Below the pieces are notes generated by a model that made no database searches, was not told where the DNA came from, and was given only the letters and a program-made list of their open reading frames with translations. Below are positions 1 to 10,481 of a DNA stretch of 64,000 nucleotides, one piece after another. Positions within the stretch are counted from its first letter, which is position 1. The number at the start of each line of letters is the position of its first letter. Both the position numbers and the translations under genes were made by a program. This DNA is from Escherichia coli (GTDB taxonomy: Bacteria > Pseudomonadota > Gammaproteobacteria > Enterobacterales > Enterobacteriaceae): assembly GCF_044324875.1 (NCBI RefSeq), contig NZ_CP172185.1. One strand, given 5' to 3'.

Positions 1-111
1 GCCCCTGTATATTCCGGCTCTCTGATAATGTGGTCGGATGTGTTGATTAAATAGTTTGTGCGAAAAATGCACCTGTAACCATCAGTTAACAACGGATATA
101 CAGGGGGGACC

Positions 112-282
112 ATGAATGATAAGGGGGTGCCGTTTGATGTGCTCCTGCAAAAGCTGAATGCTGCACGCGCCGCAAGGGAACGTGAGCGCATGAGTAATAA
201 CCCTGTCCCTCCTGAATTACCTCGCCCTGAACATTTTCCGCTTGAGGATTTCATCAGGGGACGAATCCGAACAAAACGATAA
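112..282 (+). CDS. hypothetical small protein (56 aa) in mobile island; C-terminal motif FPLEDFI shared with ORF 526..720
   Basis: ATG at 112, stop TAA at 280-282, translated by hand; below the 60-aa cutoff of the ORF track; no family recognised. Confidence 0.25.
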   Translation: MNDKGVPFDVLLQKLNAARAARERERMSNNPVPPELPRPEHFPLEDFIRGRIRTKR

Positions 283-525
283 CCGCCGCCGTGATATGAG
301 GCATCACGACGCAATGCATTACAGGTGAGCACCATGAACAAATCCATATTATCCCCCACAGTTCTGGACGTAAACACAAAGCAGCGACAGATATTATTAC
401 GCGCCGTCATTAAAGCCAGACACGAGAAATTAAACCAAATCTTAAGATAAGATACGCCGCTACCGCTGTAAGTCTTCATCAGAAACAGAAAACGCCAGAG
501 CAGATGAGCACGGAGGTAACTCTTT

Positions 526-720
526 ATGAAAATAAACGAATCAGGGGAAATTACCGAAGCCAGCGTGGTACGCCAGCGGAGGCGGGAACGACGGGTACGG
601 CCCCCCGCGCCATCCGATAATTTCCCGCTTGAGCGCTTCATCAGTGAACGGCCCCGCATACGCTGGAACGGCACAACCCCATACCCCGAGGAGAGACAGA
701 CAAAAAACAAACAGCGATGA
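526..720 (+). CDS. hypothetical small protein (64 aa), paralog-like to ORF 112..282 (motif FPLERFI)
   Basis: ORF track; shares a ~15-aa C-terminal motif and similar nucleotide sequence with the 112..282 ORF. Confidence 0.3.
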   Translation: MKINESGEITEASVVRQRRRERRVRPPAPSDNFPLERFISERPRIRWNGTTPYPEERQTKNKQR

Positions 721-999
721 TGAAATCTGGAGGCCAATACCATCACCCAGCCAGTCGGGGATTGCTGGCGGGCTTCCTGTTCGCTGGTGGCCCCGATGGT
801 AATAACGCGTGGTTGTGCTGTGCTCAGGGCGATAAAACGCCAGATGTATTTATTCAGGTTGTGCGGGTCCCGCCCTTGCGGGTGTGTGGTATGATTTAAC
901 ATAGCTACCTCGATACGCTTTCTATCGTTGGTGGTTAGAAGCCCCGTTACTGCTCCAACAGTGCGGGGTTTCGTCGTTTCTGCACCTTTCATCAACAAG

Positions 1000-1051
1000 G
1001 TGTTGAACACCAATTTAAGCCTAGGTGTTAAACACGCCAAGTGTTGAACAC
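1000..1051. promoter_or_regulatory. three closely spaced 11-bp palindromes GTGTT-N-AACAC (1000-1010, 1025-1035, 1041-1051), putative operator array
   Basis: Direct reading: gtgttgaacac / gtgttaaacac / gtgttgaacac, each a perfect inverted repeat around one central base, ~50 bp upstream of the small ORF starting at 1101. Confidence 0.5.
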
Positions 1052-1100
1052 TTATTTTTTTCCTGCATACTGCATTTGTTTTTTGTAAGGGGTACACAAC

Positions 1101-1280
1101 ATGGCGACAAAAGCAGTAAACGCAAAATCACAAACAGTTGCGGCAAGGGTTCCGCATGAAGTTATGAACAATGTTGAGGCGGTAAAAATGCCTGGTGAAA
1201 GTACAGGGCAGTTTGTAACAGCAGCATTAAAGCGAGAAGTTGAATACCGCCAGCGCCGCAAGGCCAAAGAATCAGAATAA
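1101..1280 (+). CDS. hypothetical small basic protein (59 aa) in mobile island
   Basis: ATG 1101, TAA 1278-1280, hand translation MATKAVNAKSQTVAARVPHEV...; immediately downstream of the palindrome array. Confidence 0.3.
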   Translation: MATKAVNAKSQTVAARVPHEVMNNVEAVKMPGESTGQFVTAALKREVEYRQRRKAKESE

Positions 1281-1328
1281 TCACTATCAGCGCCGTGGTG
1301 TGAGGTACTGCGGCGCATTGTTTTAAAG

Positions 1329-1529
1329 GTGATAATTATGAATAACCAGGAACTACAAAATAAAGCATTATCAATTATCATGCGCCAGCGTGAGAAAACC
1401 CGCAGGGAAATAAATAAGGCATTAACCCGCACTGAAAATCTTAAAGTTCCTGATAAGTTCGCCCTTGATCCTTTTGTCGAGAAATACCCTCGGCGCTTAA
1501 AAGCAAACAAAAACCGCCCACCTGGCTGA
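1329..1529 (+). CDS. hypothetical small protein (66 aa) in mobile island
   Basis: ORF track; followed by a hairpin plus T-tract at 1621-1648. Confidence 0.3.
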   Translation: MIIMNNQELQNKALSIIMRQREKTRREINKALTRTENLKVPDKFALDPFVEKYPRRLKANKNRPPG

Positions 1530-1620
1530 CAATCCACCAGCAAGCCACCACACTGGACACATTGCCCACCAGCCAGCAAATCGCTATGATGTTCGGGCTT
1601 ATGTTTAGTGTTTTCCCATT

Positions 1621-1650
1621 GGCGACCGCCCCCGGTCGCCTTTGTTTTAT
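1621..1650 (+). terminator. putative intrinsic terminator (stem ggcgaccg / cggtcgcc, then TTTGTTTT)
   Basis: 8-bp GC-rich inverted repeat with 4-nt loop followed by a T-rich tract. Confidence 0.55.
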
Positions 1651-1667
1651 GTGTCATATACTCCCCT

Positions 1668-1877
1668 TTACGCTGCCTTGCCTGAATTAATGCGATCCCG
1701 GCTTTTAACCCATTCCATAACCTCGGACAGCAGCCAACCTACAGAACGCCCACCAAGATTACGGCGAGACGGAAAGCTCCCTTTTTTCTCCAGTTCGTAG
1801 CGTGTAGTGCGACACACTCCAGTTAACTTACGACATTCATCCTCACGGATTACGCGATCTTCATTTATTTCACGCAT
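1668..1877 (-). CDS. alpA: AlpA-family phage/island transcriptional regulator or excisionase-like protein
   Basis: Translation ...IREDECRKLTGVCRTTRYELEKKGSFPSRRNLGGRSVGWLLSEVMEWV matches the AlpA/Xis-type HTH pattern; start chosen at the internal Met (MREINED), the ORF track extends to 1964. Confidence 0.7.
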   Translation of the reverse strand: MREINEDRVIREDECRKLTGVCRTTRYELEKKGSFPSRRNLGGRSVGWLLSEVMEWVKSRDRINSGKAA

Positions 1878-2296
1878 ACAAAAACCTACATAAAAATTAC
1901 GTATATAAACTTTTCTCTTAGCTGTAGATATATGAGATCGGATATTACTTAGATTCTTTTTCACCTCTTAAATTAAAAACACAACCATGCTAAAGGCTTT
2001 GTTCGCTAAGGTTCGTAGAAGCTCGTTAGTGTTTAAAATCGTGTCACGAGTTTTTAAGCGACGCAACAAAAAATGTCGTCATTTGGCATGTCACCTGAAT
2101 TACCTCATTAAAAACAAATAGATAAACCATCAGATGTTGGAACAATCAAGAAACAGAGAATAAGAACTCAGAAGAAGACATTTCAATTTTTTTCGATAGT
2201 TGACACATATAAAGAGAAGATATTTGCAGATATTCCCCGATATTCTAAGATCTATTCACGGCTGTAATCTCTTAAAGAAAAAACAGCCGTAATTTG

Positions 2297-3535
2297 TCAA
2301 GAATTTTGGGGGTAAATTCGCGGGGTCATAACAACGATTTTTTCATCATTGTTCTGGAGAAGCTCGAGACGGTCTACCCATAGATTAAGAGCGTCACGCT
2401 TTGCATCGAGATAACGGGAGTGGTTATAGACGCGTTGCATTCCTGGCATCTGGTGGGCAGTAAGCTGTTCGACAATATGCGGATCCACGCCTAAATCGTT
2501 CAGCATGGTTGTAAATGTGTGCCGGATGTCGTGCAACGACCAGGGGGCTTGATTAATGCGTCTGTGTGCCGTTCTTCCGTACTCTGCTACGGATGATTGC
2601 CCTTTCAGTTCTCCAAGCAATAAGCCCGTGTGCCTGTTCTGCTCCACCAGCTTCATGACGAACGGCAAGATCGCTTCCGGTATTGGCCTGAATATTGCTA
2701 CCTTCGTTTTGCTGTGTTCTTTCGGCACAGTCCAGAGCATTTCTTTAAAATCCCATTCCCGAACCTCGGAGCGTCTTAGCTCAGTGGTACGGCATCCGAA
2801 GACAATCAGAAGGCGAATTAAAGCGCTGTAGTACGGCGGGAAAATTTTTTCATCCAGTGCGCGGAGTAGCTCGCCAAGCTCCTTGTTTGTTAGCACTCGC
2901 TCGCTTATTTCTGCTTTTTTTCCCACATCACCTACGACCATATCATCAAGAACGTTACTGACGGCGTAGCGACGTTTACGGCAGTACTTAAGCGCCTGTT
3001 TGCATACCTGCAACAAAAAGCCGGCTGATACCGGATTACGCTTAGCAAGCTGGTCAAAACAGGCCAGCCAGTGGCGTAGCTCGCATTTATCCAGCGGCAT
3101 AGCACCAATCTGGCTGATTATGTGCTTATTGATACGGCTTTTCAGTGATTCGTGGTCAGTGCGCTTTTCCTTCGCATACGACTCAAGCCAGTAAGTGAGC
3201 GCGTCCTTAACCGTCACGGGGGCTAACGCTTCCTGCACTGTGTGATTAAGCTCATGGCGTGGATTTTTCCCCTCCGCCAGCCAGGCGCGACACTGTGCCG
3301 CTTTTTCCCTGGCTGCTTTCAGGCTCAGATCGGGATAGTTGCCCAGTCTCAGGCGTTCCGGTGATACCTGCCTGCCAGTTCCGGCCCTGTAAGTGAAATA
3401 CCAGGTTAACAGGCCGCTGGTGGAATGTCTTACGCTAAGATTGCCACCGTCATTAAAAAAGGCGTTTTTTGTGGTTGGTGATCCGCTTAATTTTCGTAAA
3501 AGAGTGTCGCTAAGTCTATGAATTGCGCTGCTCAT
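2297..3535 (-). CDS. int: tyrosine-type site-specific recombinase/integrase (P4-like, N-terminal arm-binding domain)
   Basis: 412-aa ORF; C-terminal catalytic region with HDIRHTF ... HQMPGMQRVYNHSRY (R-H-R-Y type signature); N-terminal DUF4102-like arm-binding region. Confidence 0.9.
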   Translation of the reverse strand: MSSAIHRLSDTLLRKLSGSPTTKNAFFNDGGNLSVRHSTSGLLTWYFTYRAGTGRQVSPERLRLGNYPDLSLKAAREKAAQCRAWLAEGKNPRHELNHTVQEALAPVTVKDALTYWLESYAKEKRTDHESLKSRINKHIISQIGAMPLDKCELRHWLACFDQLAKRNPVSAGFLLQVCKQALKYCRKRRYAVSNVLDDMVVGDVGKKAEISERVLTNKELGELLRALDEKIFPPYYSALIRLLIVFGCRTTELRRSEVREWDFKEMLWTVPKEHSKTKVAIFRPIPEAILPFVMKLVEQNRHTGLLLGELKGQSSVAEYGRTAHRRINQAPWSLHDIRHTFTTMLNDLGVDPHIVEQLTAHQMPGMQRVYNHSRYLDAKRDALNLWVDRLELLQNNDEKIVVMTPRIYPQNS

Positions 3536-3938
3536 GTTTCGCGTTTCCGGTCATCAAAATTAACTACACCATTGACTACACCGTGCATCGTACAAGGGCA
3601 AACCGTGACGAACAAGAGCGAACAAGTAAAACAAAATTTTCCTTTATAATCATAGCGATGAATGCACACAAAACACTACCACGAACACCCGCGAACACTA
3701 GATGATAAATAACTATCATCTATCGTTGGCATCAGGACATCTGTCACATTCCTGTCAATAGCGTTAACTGCTTCAAATTTTTGATTCATACCTGCCCCCT
3801 GGCCCCTGTCAAATGCTTGACGGCTCGCCCTAATTCTCTAAATTGTATTTCTAGAGTTGGCGAGGTTTTGAACAGCCCCCTCTCTGACCCCGGTTTATTC
3901 CATCTTACTTGTATAAGATTTGCGAAGGATGTCGAAGC

Positions 3939-4163
3939 ATGGAAAAGGGTACTGTTAAGTGGTTCAACAATGCCAAAGGGTTTGGTTTCATCTGCCCTGA
4001 AGGCGGCGGCGAAGATATTTTCGCTCATTATTCCACCATTCAGATGGATGGTTACAGAACGCTAAAAGCTGGACAATCCGTTCAGTTTGATGTCCACCAG
4101 GGGCCAAAAGGCAATCACGCCAGTGTTATTGTGCCCGTCGAAGTAGAAGCGGCAGTCGCATAG
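3939..4163 (+). CDS. cspD: cold-shock-like protein CspD
   Basis: MEKGTVKWFNNAKGFGFI... cold-shock domain; 74 aa from the internal Met; ORF track begins at 3909. Confidence 0.95.
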   Translation: MEKGTVKWFNNAKGFGFICPEGGGEDIFAHYSTIQMDGYRTLKAGQSVQFDVHQGPKGNHASVIVPVEVEAAVA

Positions 4164-4195
4164 CTCTTCTGTCTCATTGTGTACATCCTAAAGGC

Positions 4196-4228
4196 AAAAT
4201 GCCAGCCCGATCGGCTGGCATTTTTATC
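4196..4228. terminator. bidirectional intrinsic terminator between convergent cspD and macB
   Basis: Palindrome tgccagccgatcggctggca flanked by an A-run upstream and a T-run downstream. Confidence 0.6.
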
Positions 4229-4235
4229 TCAAAAA

Positions 4236-6182
4236 TTACTCTCGTGCCAGAGCATCTACTGGATCCAGTCGTGCCGCATTTCGTGCGGGTAACCAGCCAA
4301 ATAAAATCCCGGTGACCGTCGAGCAGAGAAACGCCAGCAGCAGCGCCAACGGTGAAAAACCAATCTCCCAGCCGGGTAAGAAAAGCTGTAAGGTGAAAGC
4401 AATTAACAATGACAGTGTTATTCCCAACGCGCCACCGACCAGGCAAACCAGTACGGCTTCGATCAGGAACTGTTGCAAAACATCGCTTGCTCGCGCACCT
4501 ACAGCCATGCGAATGCCAATTTCCCGCGTCCGCTCGGTCACTGACACCAGCATAATATTCATTACACCAATACCGCCCACCACCAGCGAAATCACCGCCA
4601 CCAGCGTCAGAAACAGTTGTAAAGTACGTGTGGTCTTTTCAACGGTTTTCAAGACGCCGTCCATGTTCCAGGTAAAGAAATCCTTTTTTCCGTGGCGCAG
4701 TGAAAGTAAACGCATGAGTTGCTGTTCCGCCTCAGCGCTGTCAAATCCTTCTTTCACCCTGACAGTAATGGAGTTCAGCCACGACTGGCCCATAACTCGC
4801 CCGGACATCGTGCTGTAAGGTAGCCAGACACGCAGCACTTTACTGCTACCAAACATCGACTGTTTTTCTTCCGCCACACCAATGACTCTGGCGGGCATAT
4901 TGCCGACCAGAATCACCTCGCCAACCACATCTGCTTTATGGGGGAAAAGCTGGCGGCGAGTATTACTGTCGAGAACTACGACCTGCGCACGACCGTTCAG
5001 CTGCTCCTGATTAAAGGTGTTCCCTTCACTGAAGGTCATGCCATAGACATTAAAATAATCGCCGCTCACGCCATTGGCACTGGCAGCCACATCAACATTG
5101 TTATAACGCAGGCGCAGGTTTTGCGAGACGGCAGGTGTGGCTGAGGCGACCCACGGTTGTTTTTGGATGGCGATTAAGTCATCGTACTTCAGCGCCTGCT
5201 GATATTGCGGATCGTCATCGCCAAAATCTTTCCCGGGATAGACATCAATAGTATTCGTACCAATAGAACGAATATCCGCCAGCACCATTTGTTTGGCGGC
5301 GTCACCCACCACGACAATGGAAACCACCGACGCAATACCGATAATAATCCCCAGCATGGTCAGTAAAGTACGCATTTTATTCGCTGCCAGCGCCCGCCAT
5401 GCCATCGTCAGCGCCTCGTTAAAACCGCTGACAAACTGCCGCCAGCCAGACGCCGTGTTGACAGCAGGTTCCGTCCCGCCAGCAACATTCACTTTTTCAA
5501 TGGCGGGAGGATTGCGCACAATTTCGCTGTCGCGAATTTCGATCACCCGCTCGGCCTGAGCAGCGACCTGCGGATCGTGGGTGACGATAATCACCGTATG
5601 CCCGCGATCGCGCAGCTGATGCAGGATCGCCATCACCTCTTCGCCAGAATGGCTGTCCAGTGCGCCGGTCGGTTCATCGGCAAGAATTACCTGACCGCCG
5701 TTCATCAATGCCCGCGCGATGCTGACGCGCTGTTGCTGACCACCCGAAAGCTGTGCCGGATAATACTCTGTACGGTCTTCCAGCCCCAGTCGTTGCAGCA
5801 ACTCCTGGGCGCGAAGCAGCCGCTGTTTCCGCTCAAGACCGGCATAGACGGCGGGTACTTCAACGTTCTGCTCGGCGGTTAAATGCGAAAGCAAATGGTA
5901 ACGCTGGAAAATAAAGCCGAAATGCTCGCGGCGCAGTTGCGCCAGCGCATCGGCGTCCAGTGTGGCAACATCCTGACCGGCGACGCGATAGGTGCCGCTG
6001 GTGGCCTTATCCAGGCAGCCGAGAATATTCATCAGGGTCGATTTGCCGGAACCCGAAGCGCCGACAATCGCCACCATCTCACCAGCATAAATATCGAGGG
6101 TGATGCCCTTCAGCACCTCAACCTGCTCATCACCGGCAGGATAGCTGCGACGAATATCCTTTAATTCGAGCAAGGGCGTCAT
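4236..6182 (-). CDS. macB: macrolide export ABC transporter ATP-binding/permease protein MacB
   Basis: 648 aa; Walker [13 protein letters not shown] signature [10 protein letters not shown]-terminal FtsX-like permease segments. Confidence 0.95.
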   Translation of the reverse strand: MTPLLELKDIRRSYPAGDEQVEVLKGITLDIYAGEMVAIVGASGSGKSTLMNILGCLDKATSGTYRVAGQDVATLDADALAQLRREHFGFIFQRYHLLSHLTAEQNVEVPAVYAGLERKQRLLRAQELLQRLGLEDRTEYYPAQLSGGQQQRVSIARALMNGGQVILADEPTGALDSHSGEEVMAILHQLRDRGHTVIIVTHDPQVAAQAERVIEIRDSEIVRNPPAIEKVNVAGGTEPAVNTASGWRQFVSGFNEALTMAWRALAANKMRTLLTMLGIIIGIASVVSIVVVGDAAKQMVLADIRSIGTNTIDVYPGKDFGDDDPQYQQALKYDDLIAIQKQPWVASATPAVSQNLRLRYNNVDVAASANGVSGDYFNVYGMTFSEGNTFNQEQLNGRAQVVVLDSNTRRQLFPHKADVVGEVILVGNMPARVIGVAEEKQSMFGSSKVLRVWLPYSTMSGRVMGQSWLNSITVRVKEGFDSAEAEQQLMRLLSLRHGKKDFFTWNMDGVLKTVEKTTRTLQLFLTLVAVISLVVGGIGVMNIMLVSVTERTREIGIRMAVGARASDVLQQFLIEAVLVCLVGGALGITLSLLIAFTLQLFLPGWEIGFSPLALLLAFLCSTVTGILFGWLPARNAARLDPVDALARE

Positions 6183-7294
6183 TGTGCAGCTCCTGGTTTG
6201 GCCTCACCAATCACCACTTCATCGCCCGCTTCCAGCCCTTTGACAATCTCAACATCGGTATCGTTACGTGCGCCAATCGTCACTTCACGCTCGCGTGTTT
6301 CACCATTACGCAACAATTTGACTTTATAACGATTATCGCCAACCGGATCGCCTAACGCCGACAGAGGGATCGTCAGCACATTTTTCACATCGGTGAGCTG
6401 AATATGCACTTGCGCGGTCATATCCAGCCGCAGCAAACCATTGGGGTTGGGGACTTCAAAACGGGCGTAATAGAAAATAGCGTCGTTAACCTTTTCCGGC
6501 GTCGGTAGCACATCCTTGATTTGCCCCTCGTAGCGCGTCAGCGGATCGCCAAGCACCGTAAACCAGGCTTTTTGCCCCGACTTCAGGTGGATTACATCCG
6601 CTTCAGAAACCTGCGCTTTTACCAGCATGGTGCTCATATCTGCCAGCGTCAGAATGTTCGGTGCTTGTTGTGCGGCAATCACCGTTTGGCCTTGCAGAGT
6701 GGTGATTTGCGTGACTTCCCCGGCCATCGGGGCAACGATGCGGGTGTAATCGAGATTGCTTTTAGCCGTATCGAGTGAGGCCTGATTGCGCTTGATTTGC
6801 GCGTCAATGGTGCCAATTTGCGCCTGTTTCACAGCCATCTCCGTCGCGGCGGTATCAAGATCCTGCTGTGAAACCGCTTGCGTTTGTGCAAGACGTTGCT
6901 GACGGGAATACGTCACCCGCGCCAGTTTCAGCTCCGCTTCCGCCTGCTGCCGCTGCGCGCGTAGCTCCATCAGCGTTGCTTCCACCTCCTTAATCTGGTT
7001 TTCAGCCTGTTCAGGATCAATAACCCCTAAAAGCTGGTCTTTTTTTACTTTATCGCCAATCGCCACCGACAGCGTTTTCAACTGACCGCTGACCTGCGCG
7101 CCCACATCAACCTTACGCAGCGCGTCCAGCTTTCCGGTCGCCAGCACGCTTTGCTGTAAATCACCGGGGCGCACAATCAGCGTCTGATAAGTCGGCACGG
7201 GTGCGTTAAGAATTCTCCATAACGTAATCAGCCCGGCAATGACTATCACCAGCGCAATAACGTAACGCTTCTTCACGGTTTTCCGCTTTTTCAT
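6179..7294 (-). CDS. macA: macrolide export membrane fusion protein MacA
   Basis: HlyD-family periplasmic adaptor; 4-bp overlap with macB; start taken at MKKRKTVKK (371 aa). Confidence 0.95.
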   Translation of the reverse strand: MKKRKTVKKRYVIALVIVIAGLITLWRILNAPVPTYQTLIVRPGDLQQSVLATGKLDALRKVDVGAQVSGQLKTLSVAIGDKVKKDQLLGVIDPEQAENQIKEVEATLMELRAQRQQAEAELKLARVTYSRQQRLAQTQAVSQQDLDTAATEMAVKQAQIGTIDAQIKRNQASLDTAKSNLDYTRIVAPMAGEVTQITTLQGQTVIAAQQAPNILTLADMSTMLVKAQVSEADVIHLKSGQKAWFTVLGDPLTRYEGQIKDVLPTPEKVNDAIFYYARFEVPNPNGLLRLDMTAQVHIQLTDVKNVLTIPLSALGDPVGDNRYKVKLLRNGETREREVTIGARNDTDVEIVKGLEAGDEVVIGEAKPGAAQ

Positions 7295-7408
7295 AAATAT
7301 TCTGAATACTCCATATGCCAATCCGGGTCATTAACTTCAACGAAATATCAACAAAACCCTAAAATTTACGTTAGTAATCACACTATTGATGTTTGGTTAA
7401 GATACGCA

Positions 7409-8401
7409 ATGGTGAAATCGACGTCATGTATAACCATTGATTTCATGAATATGTCGCAGCTAACTGAACGGACCTTTACGCCATCTGAATCTCTCAGCAG
7501 CCTGTCACTTTTTCTTAGTCTGGCACGTGGACAGTGTCGGCCGGGTAAATTCTGGCATCGCCGTAGTTTTCGCCAGAAATTTTTGCTGCGCTCGTTGATT
7601 ATGCCGCGTTTAAGCGTTGAGTGGATGAACGAACTTTCCCACTGGCCTAATCTCAATGTGTTGTTAACGCGCCAGCCGCGACTGCCTGTGCGTCTGCATC
7701 GCCCTTACCTTGCGGCGAATCTTAGCCGTAAGCAATTGCTGGAGGCGTTACGTTACCATTATGCGTTACTCCGCGGGTGTATGTCGGCGGAAGAATTCAG
7801 CTTATATTTGAATACCCCCGGGCTGCAACTGGCGAAGCTGGAAGGCAAAAACGGCGAGCAGTTCACACTTGAGCTGACCATGATGATCTCAATGGATAAA
7901 GAAGGTGACAGCACAATCCTGTTCCGCAACAGCGAAGGTATTCCTCTGGCAGAGATCACGTTTACCCTGTGTGAATATCAGGGGAAAAGAACAATGTTTA
8001 TTGGCGGACTGCAAGGCGCAAAATGGGAAATTCCACATCAGGAAATCCAGAATGCGACGAAAGCCTGCCACGGGCTATTTCCCAAACGCCTTGTGATGGA
8101 AGCAGCCTGTCTGTTTGCCCAACGTTTGCAGGTAGAGCAGATCATTGCCGTCAGCAATGAAACACATATTTACCGCAGCCTGCGTTATCGCGATAAAGAA
8201 GGCAAGATCCATGCTGATTACAACGCGTTCTGGGAGTCGGTCGGCGGCGTATGTGATGCTGAACGCCATTACCGCCTTCCGGCACAGATAGCACGAAAAG
8301 AGATTGCCGAAATCGCCAGTAAAAAACGGGCTGAATACCGTCGGCGCTATGAGATGCTCGACGCTATTCAGCCACAAATGGCCACGATGTTTAGCGGTTA
8401 A
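7409..8401 (+). CDS. ybjX: VirK/YbjX-family protein (DUF535)
   Basis: 330-aa ORF in the K-12 position between macA and ybjD; recognised by recollection. Confidence 0.85.
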   Translation: MVKSTSCITIDFMNMSQLTERTFTPSESLSSLSLFLSLARGQCRPGKFWHRRSFRQKFLLRSLIMPRLSVEWMNELSHWPNLNVLLTRQPRLPVRLHRPYLAANLSRKQLLEALRYHYALLRGCMSAEEFSLYLNTPGLQLAKLEGKNGEQFTLELTMMISMDKEGDSTILFRNSEGIPLAEITFTLCEYQGKRTMFIGGLQGAKWEIPHQEIQNATKACHGLFPKRLVMEAACLFAQRLQVEQIIAVSNETHIYRSLRYRDKEGKIHADYNAFWESVGGVCDAERHYRLPAQIARKEIAEIASKKRAEYRRRYEMLDAIQPQMATMFSG

Positions 8402-10056
8402 TCCGCGCGACCGCGCGCCAGCCACAGCACGCGTGAGAACATTTTTTTCAGCAGCGTCGGTACGGAATCCACACCACGACGTCCTGCCTCCATTGCCACT
8501 TCAATGGCAAGATCGGGTTTGGAAGAGCGATGGATCGCTTTCGAGATAATTTTGCGCAGATTCATCGGTACATTTTCCGGGATTTGAGCCACGCGGTGGA
8601 ACACATCGGAAAATCCCTGGCGATACATAAAATGTTCCATATCCAGCGCCGGTAACGCCGTTAAATGTTCTCGTTCGGCTTCCCGATCGTTATTCAACAG
8701 GCTGCGTACCGTAGCGGCATATTTCTTCCCTGCTTCATCGCCATCGACCAGTACATGCCATTCAATCCCCATTCGCCGGGCAAATTTAACCAGTGGCTTT
8801 AGCCCGGACTGGGCAAACTCAATGACCTTGATCCCTTCGGCATCAAAATGATGTCCGCACTGACGCGCCAGTTCATTGATAACCCAGGTTTCCGTTTCGC
8901 CTTCCACCAGCAGCCAGCAGCGTGCAAACAACGATGACGGACGATTAAAACGAATGTGGAAAGAGATGCGTCGGCTATCTTCGGTACTCAAACCACTCGG
9001 CCCCAGACGCCAGGCGGCAACGCGCGAGGACTCACGTACCAGTCGGCAAACATGCTCTACTGGCGTTAACGAAAGCAACTCACCCGAGTTGGTGGTGGCA
9101 ATGCGCTGCAATGGCAGAAGATTCAACAGATGCCAGGCAACTGAAAGCATAATGGGGTGTAAACGGGTTTCTGGATCTTCGATCAGCAACAATGGACGGG
9201 CGTCTTTATCCAGTCGCAATGTGCCTTTTGCCTGCAATAAAGTAGCAAACAGGCCGAGCAAAATAACCCGATACGAGCGCCCTCCAGGTCGGTCAATCAT
9301 CCTGTTGATGATATCCAGATAGCGCCAGCTTCGTTGCTCATTGCTGGCCCGCCGCCGCATTAAACGATATCGCGCCTGTCCGGCCCCCTGCTCAGAGAAA
9401 TAATGCTCAAGCAGCTGTACCATTGCGGAAAGTCCCTGACGAATCTGCCCATCAGAGAGATTTTGCGGATGTGAGGATAGCTCACGGGCGAGGAAATCGA
9501 GCTGGCGCGCGGTGACTTCCACATTAGGGACATTTGGCACCGTGCCGTTACGAATACGGCGCATAAAACGGGCATCACGCAAGCGCAGCACCGGCATTAA
9601 ACGCACCAGATGGCGTGCCTGGTCGTTAATATCCTCGACATCAATCGGATGTCCGTCTTTATCGAGAAAACTGCGCAGTGTCATCACGCTGCCGTCTTCC
9701 GCACTCTCCCCTTCCAGACGATAAAAAATACGGTGATAGCCATCGGTGCATGGCGTCCAGCACGCTTCCAGCGGCCGATAGCGGCGAACCCGATGTCGGC
9801 CTGGCAGCGATTCGCGGAAGGTCAAAATAATATGCAGATGATGTTCTCGCCCGTTGATATCTCCCGGCGGGAACCAGAAATCGTCGCGCTCAAAATGGTA
9901 GAGATCTGATTCTGGCGATAGCAGCAGGGTTAAGGCGTCCAGCAAGCTGGATTTACCCCACGCGTTCTCCCCAATCAGGACGTTGTTTTGTTCCAGCATC
10001 AACGACAAACGGTTGATACCGCGAAAACCCACAATTTCAACGCGCTCAAGAATCAT
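8398..10056 (-). CDS. ybjD: OLD-family ATP-dependent endonuclease (AAA ATPase plus TOPRIM), YbjD
   Basis: 552 aa; N-terminal P-loop GENAWGKSSLLDA, C-terminal TOPRIM-like region; conserved position. Confidence 0.9.
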   Translation of the reverse strand: MILERVEIVGFRGINRLSLMLEQNNVLIGENAWGKSSLLDALTLLLSPESDLYHFERDDFWFPPGDINGREHHLHIILTFRESLPGRHRVRRYRPLEACWTPCTDGYHRIFYRLEGESAEDGSVMTLRSFLDKDGHPIDVEDINDQARHLVRLMPVLRLRDARFMRRIRNGTVPNVPNVEVTARQLDFLARELSSHPQNLSDGQIRQGLSAMVQLLEHYFSEQGAGQARYRLMRRRASNEQRSWRYLDIINRMIDRPGGRSYRVILLGLFATLLQAKGTLRLDKDARPLLLIEDPETRLHPIMLSVAWHLLNLLPLQRIATTNSGELLSLTPVEHVCRLVRESSRVAAWRLGPSGLSTEDSRRISFHIRFNRPSSLFARCWLLVEGETETWVINELARQCGHHFDAEGIKVIEFAQSGLKPLVKFARRMGIEWHVLVDGDEAGKKYAATVRSLLNNDREAEREHLTALPALDMEHFMYRQGFSDVFHRVAQIPENVPMNLRKIISKAIHRSSKPDLAIEVAMEAGRRGVDSVPTLLKKMFSRVLWLARGRAD

Positions 10057-10481
10057 ATCCCCTCCAGAAATATGTGACTTATCCTTTACGCTGGCAGTAT
10101 AACGGGAAAGGCCATGCTAATACGTGATGACATCACATTTAAGCATGGCAAATGTCTGAAAAATGAGCGAATAATCGCGTTATACTCCCTCTTGCTGATA
10201 AGCCTGCAAAAACAACAAAATCAAATAATTAGCATGATAAATTATTTTTTATTACGCCTAAAGGATTAAATCTTTTGCTTGCACTACACTGTCAATCAGA
10301 CAAATGACTATATGGGGCAACCCGCTGTTGCCCTAAATCAAATTTACTGGATTTATTTATCTGGTGAATGACTCGCCTTCGTTTTTAAAATAGCCGCGCA
10401 TTATTTCCGTCGTCACTTTTTTACGACGACCCTATAAAACGACCATATTTTTCACAGGGTCAATTTTTAATTGAGGTGGAT

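Noticed and set aside
1052-1657. 201-aa minus-strand ORF in the island
   Set aside because: It lies antisense to three small plus-strand ORFs and to the palindrome array and terminator hairpin, has no recognisable domain, and looks like a shadow ORF of a GC-biased region.
3536-3908. Search for a tRNA or tmRNA attachment site next to the integrase
   Set aside because: I could not recognise any tRNA-like acceptor or T-arm sequence or obvious direct repeat in the integrase-cspD junction; the att site is probably defined by the other (unseen) island end.
4312-6164. Several 60-170-aa plus-strand ORFs inside macB (4312..4818, 5293..5559, 5577..5882, 5883..6164)
   Set aside because: They are antisense to a well-supported ABC transporter gene; typical shadow ORFs.
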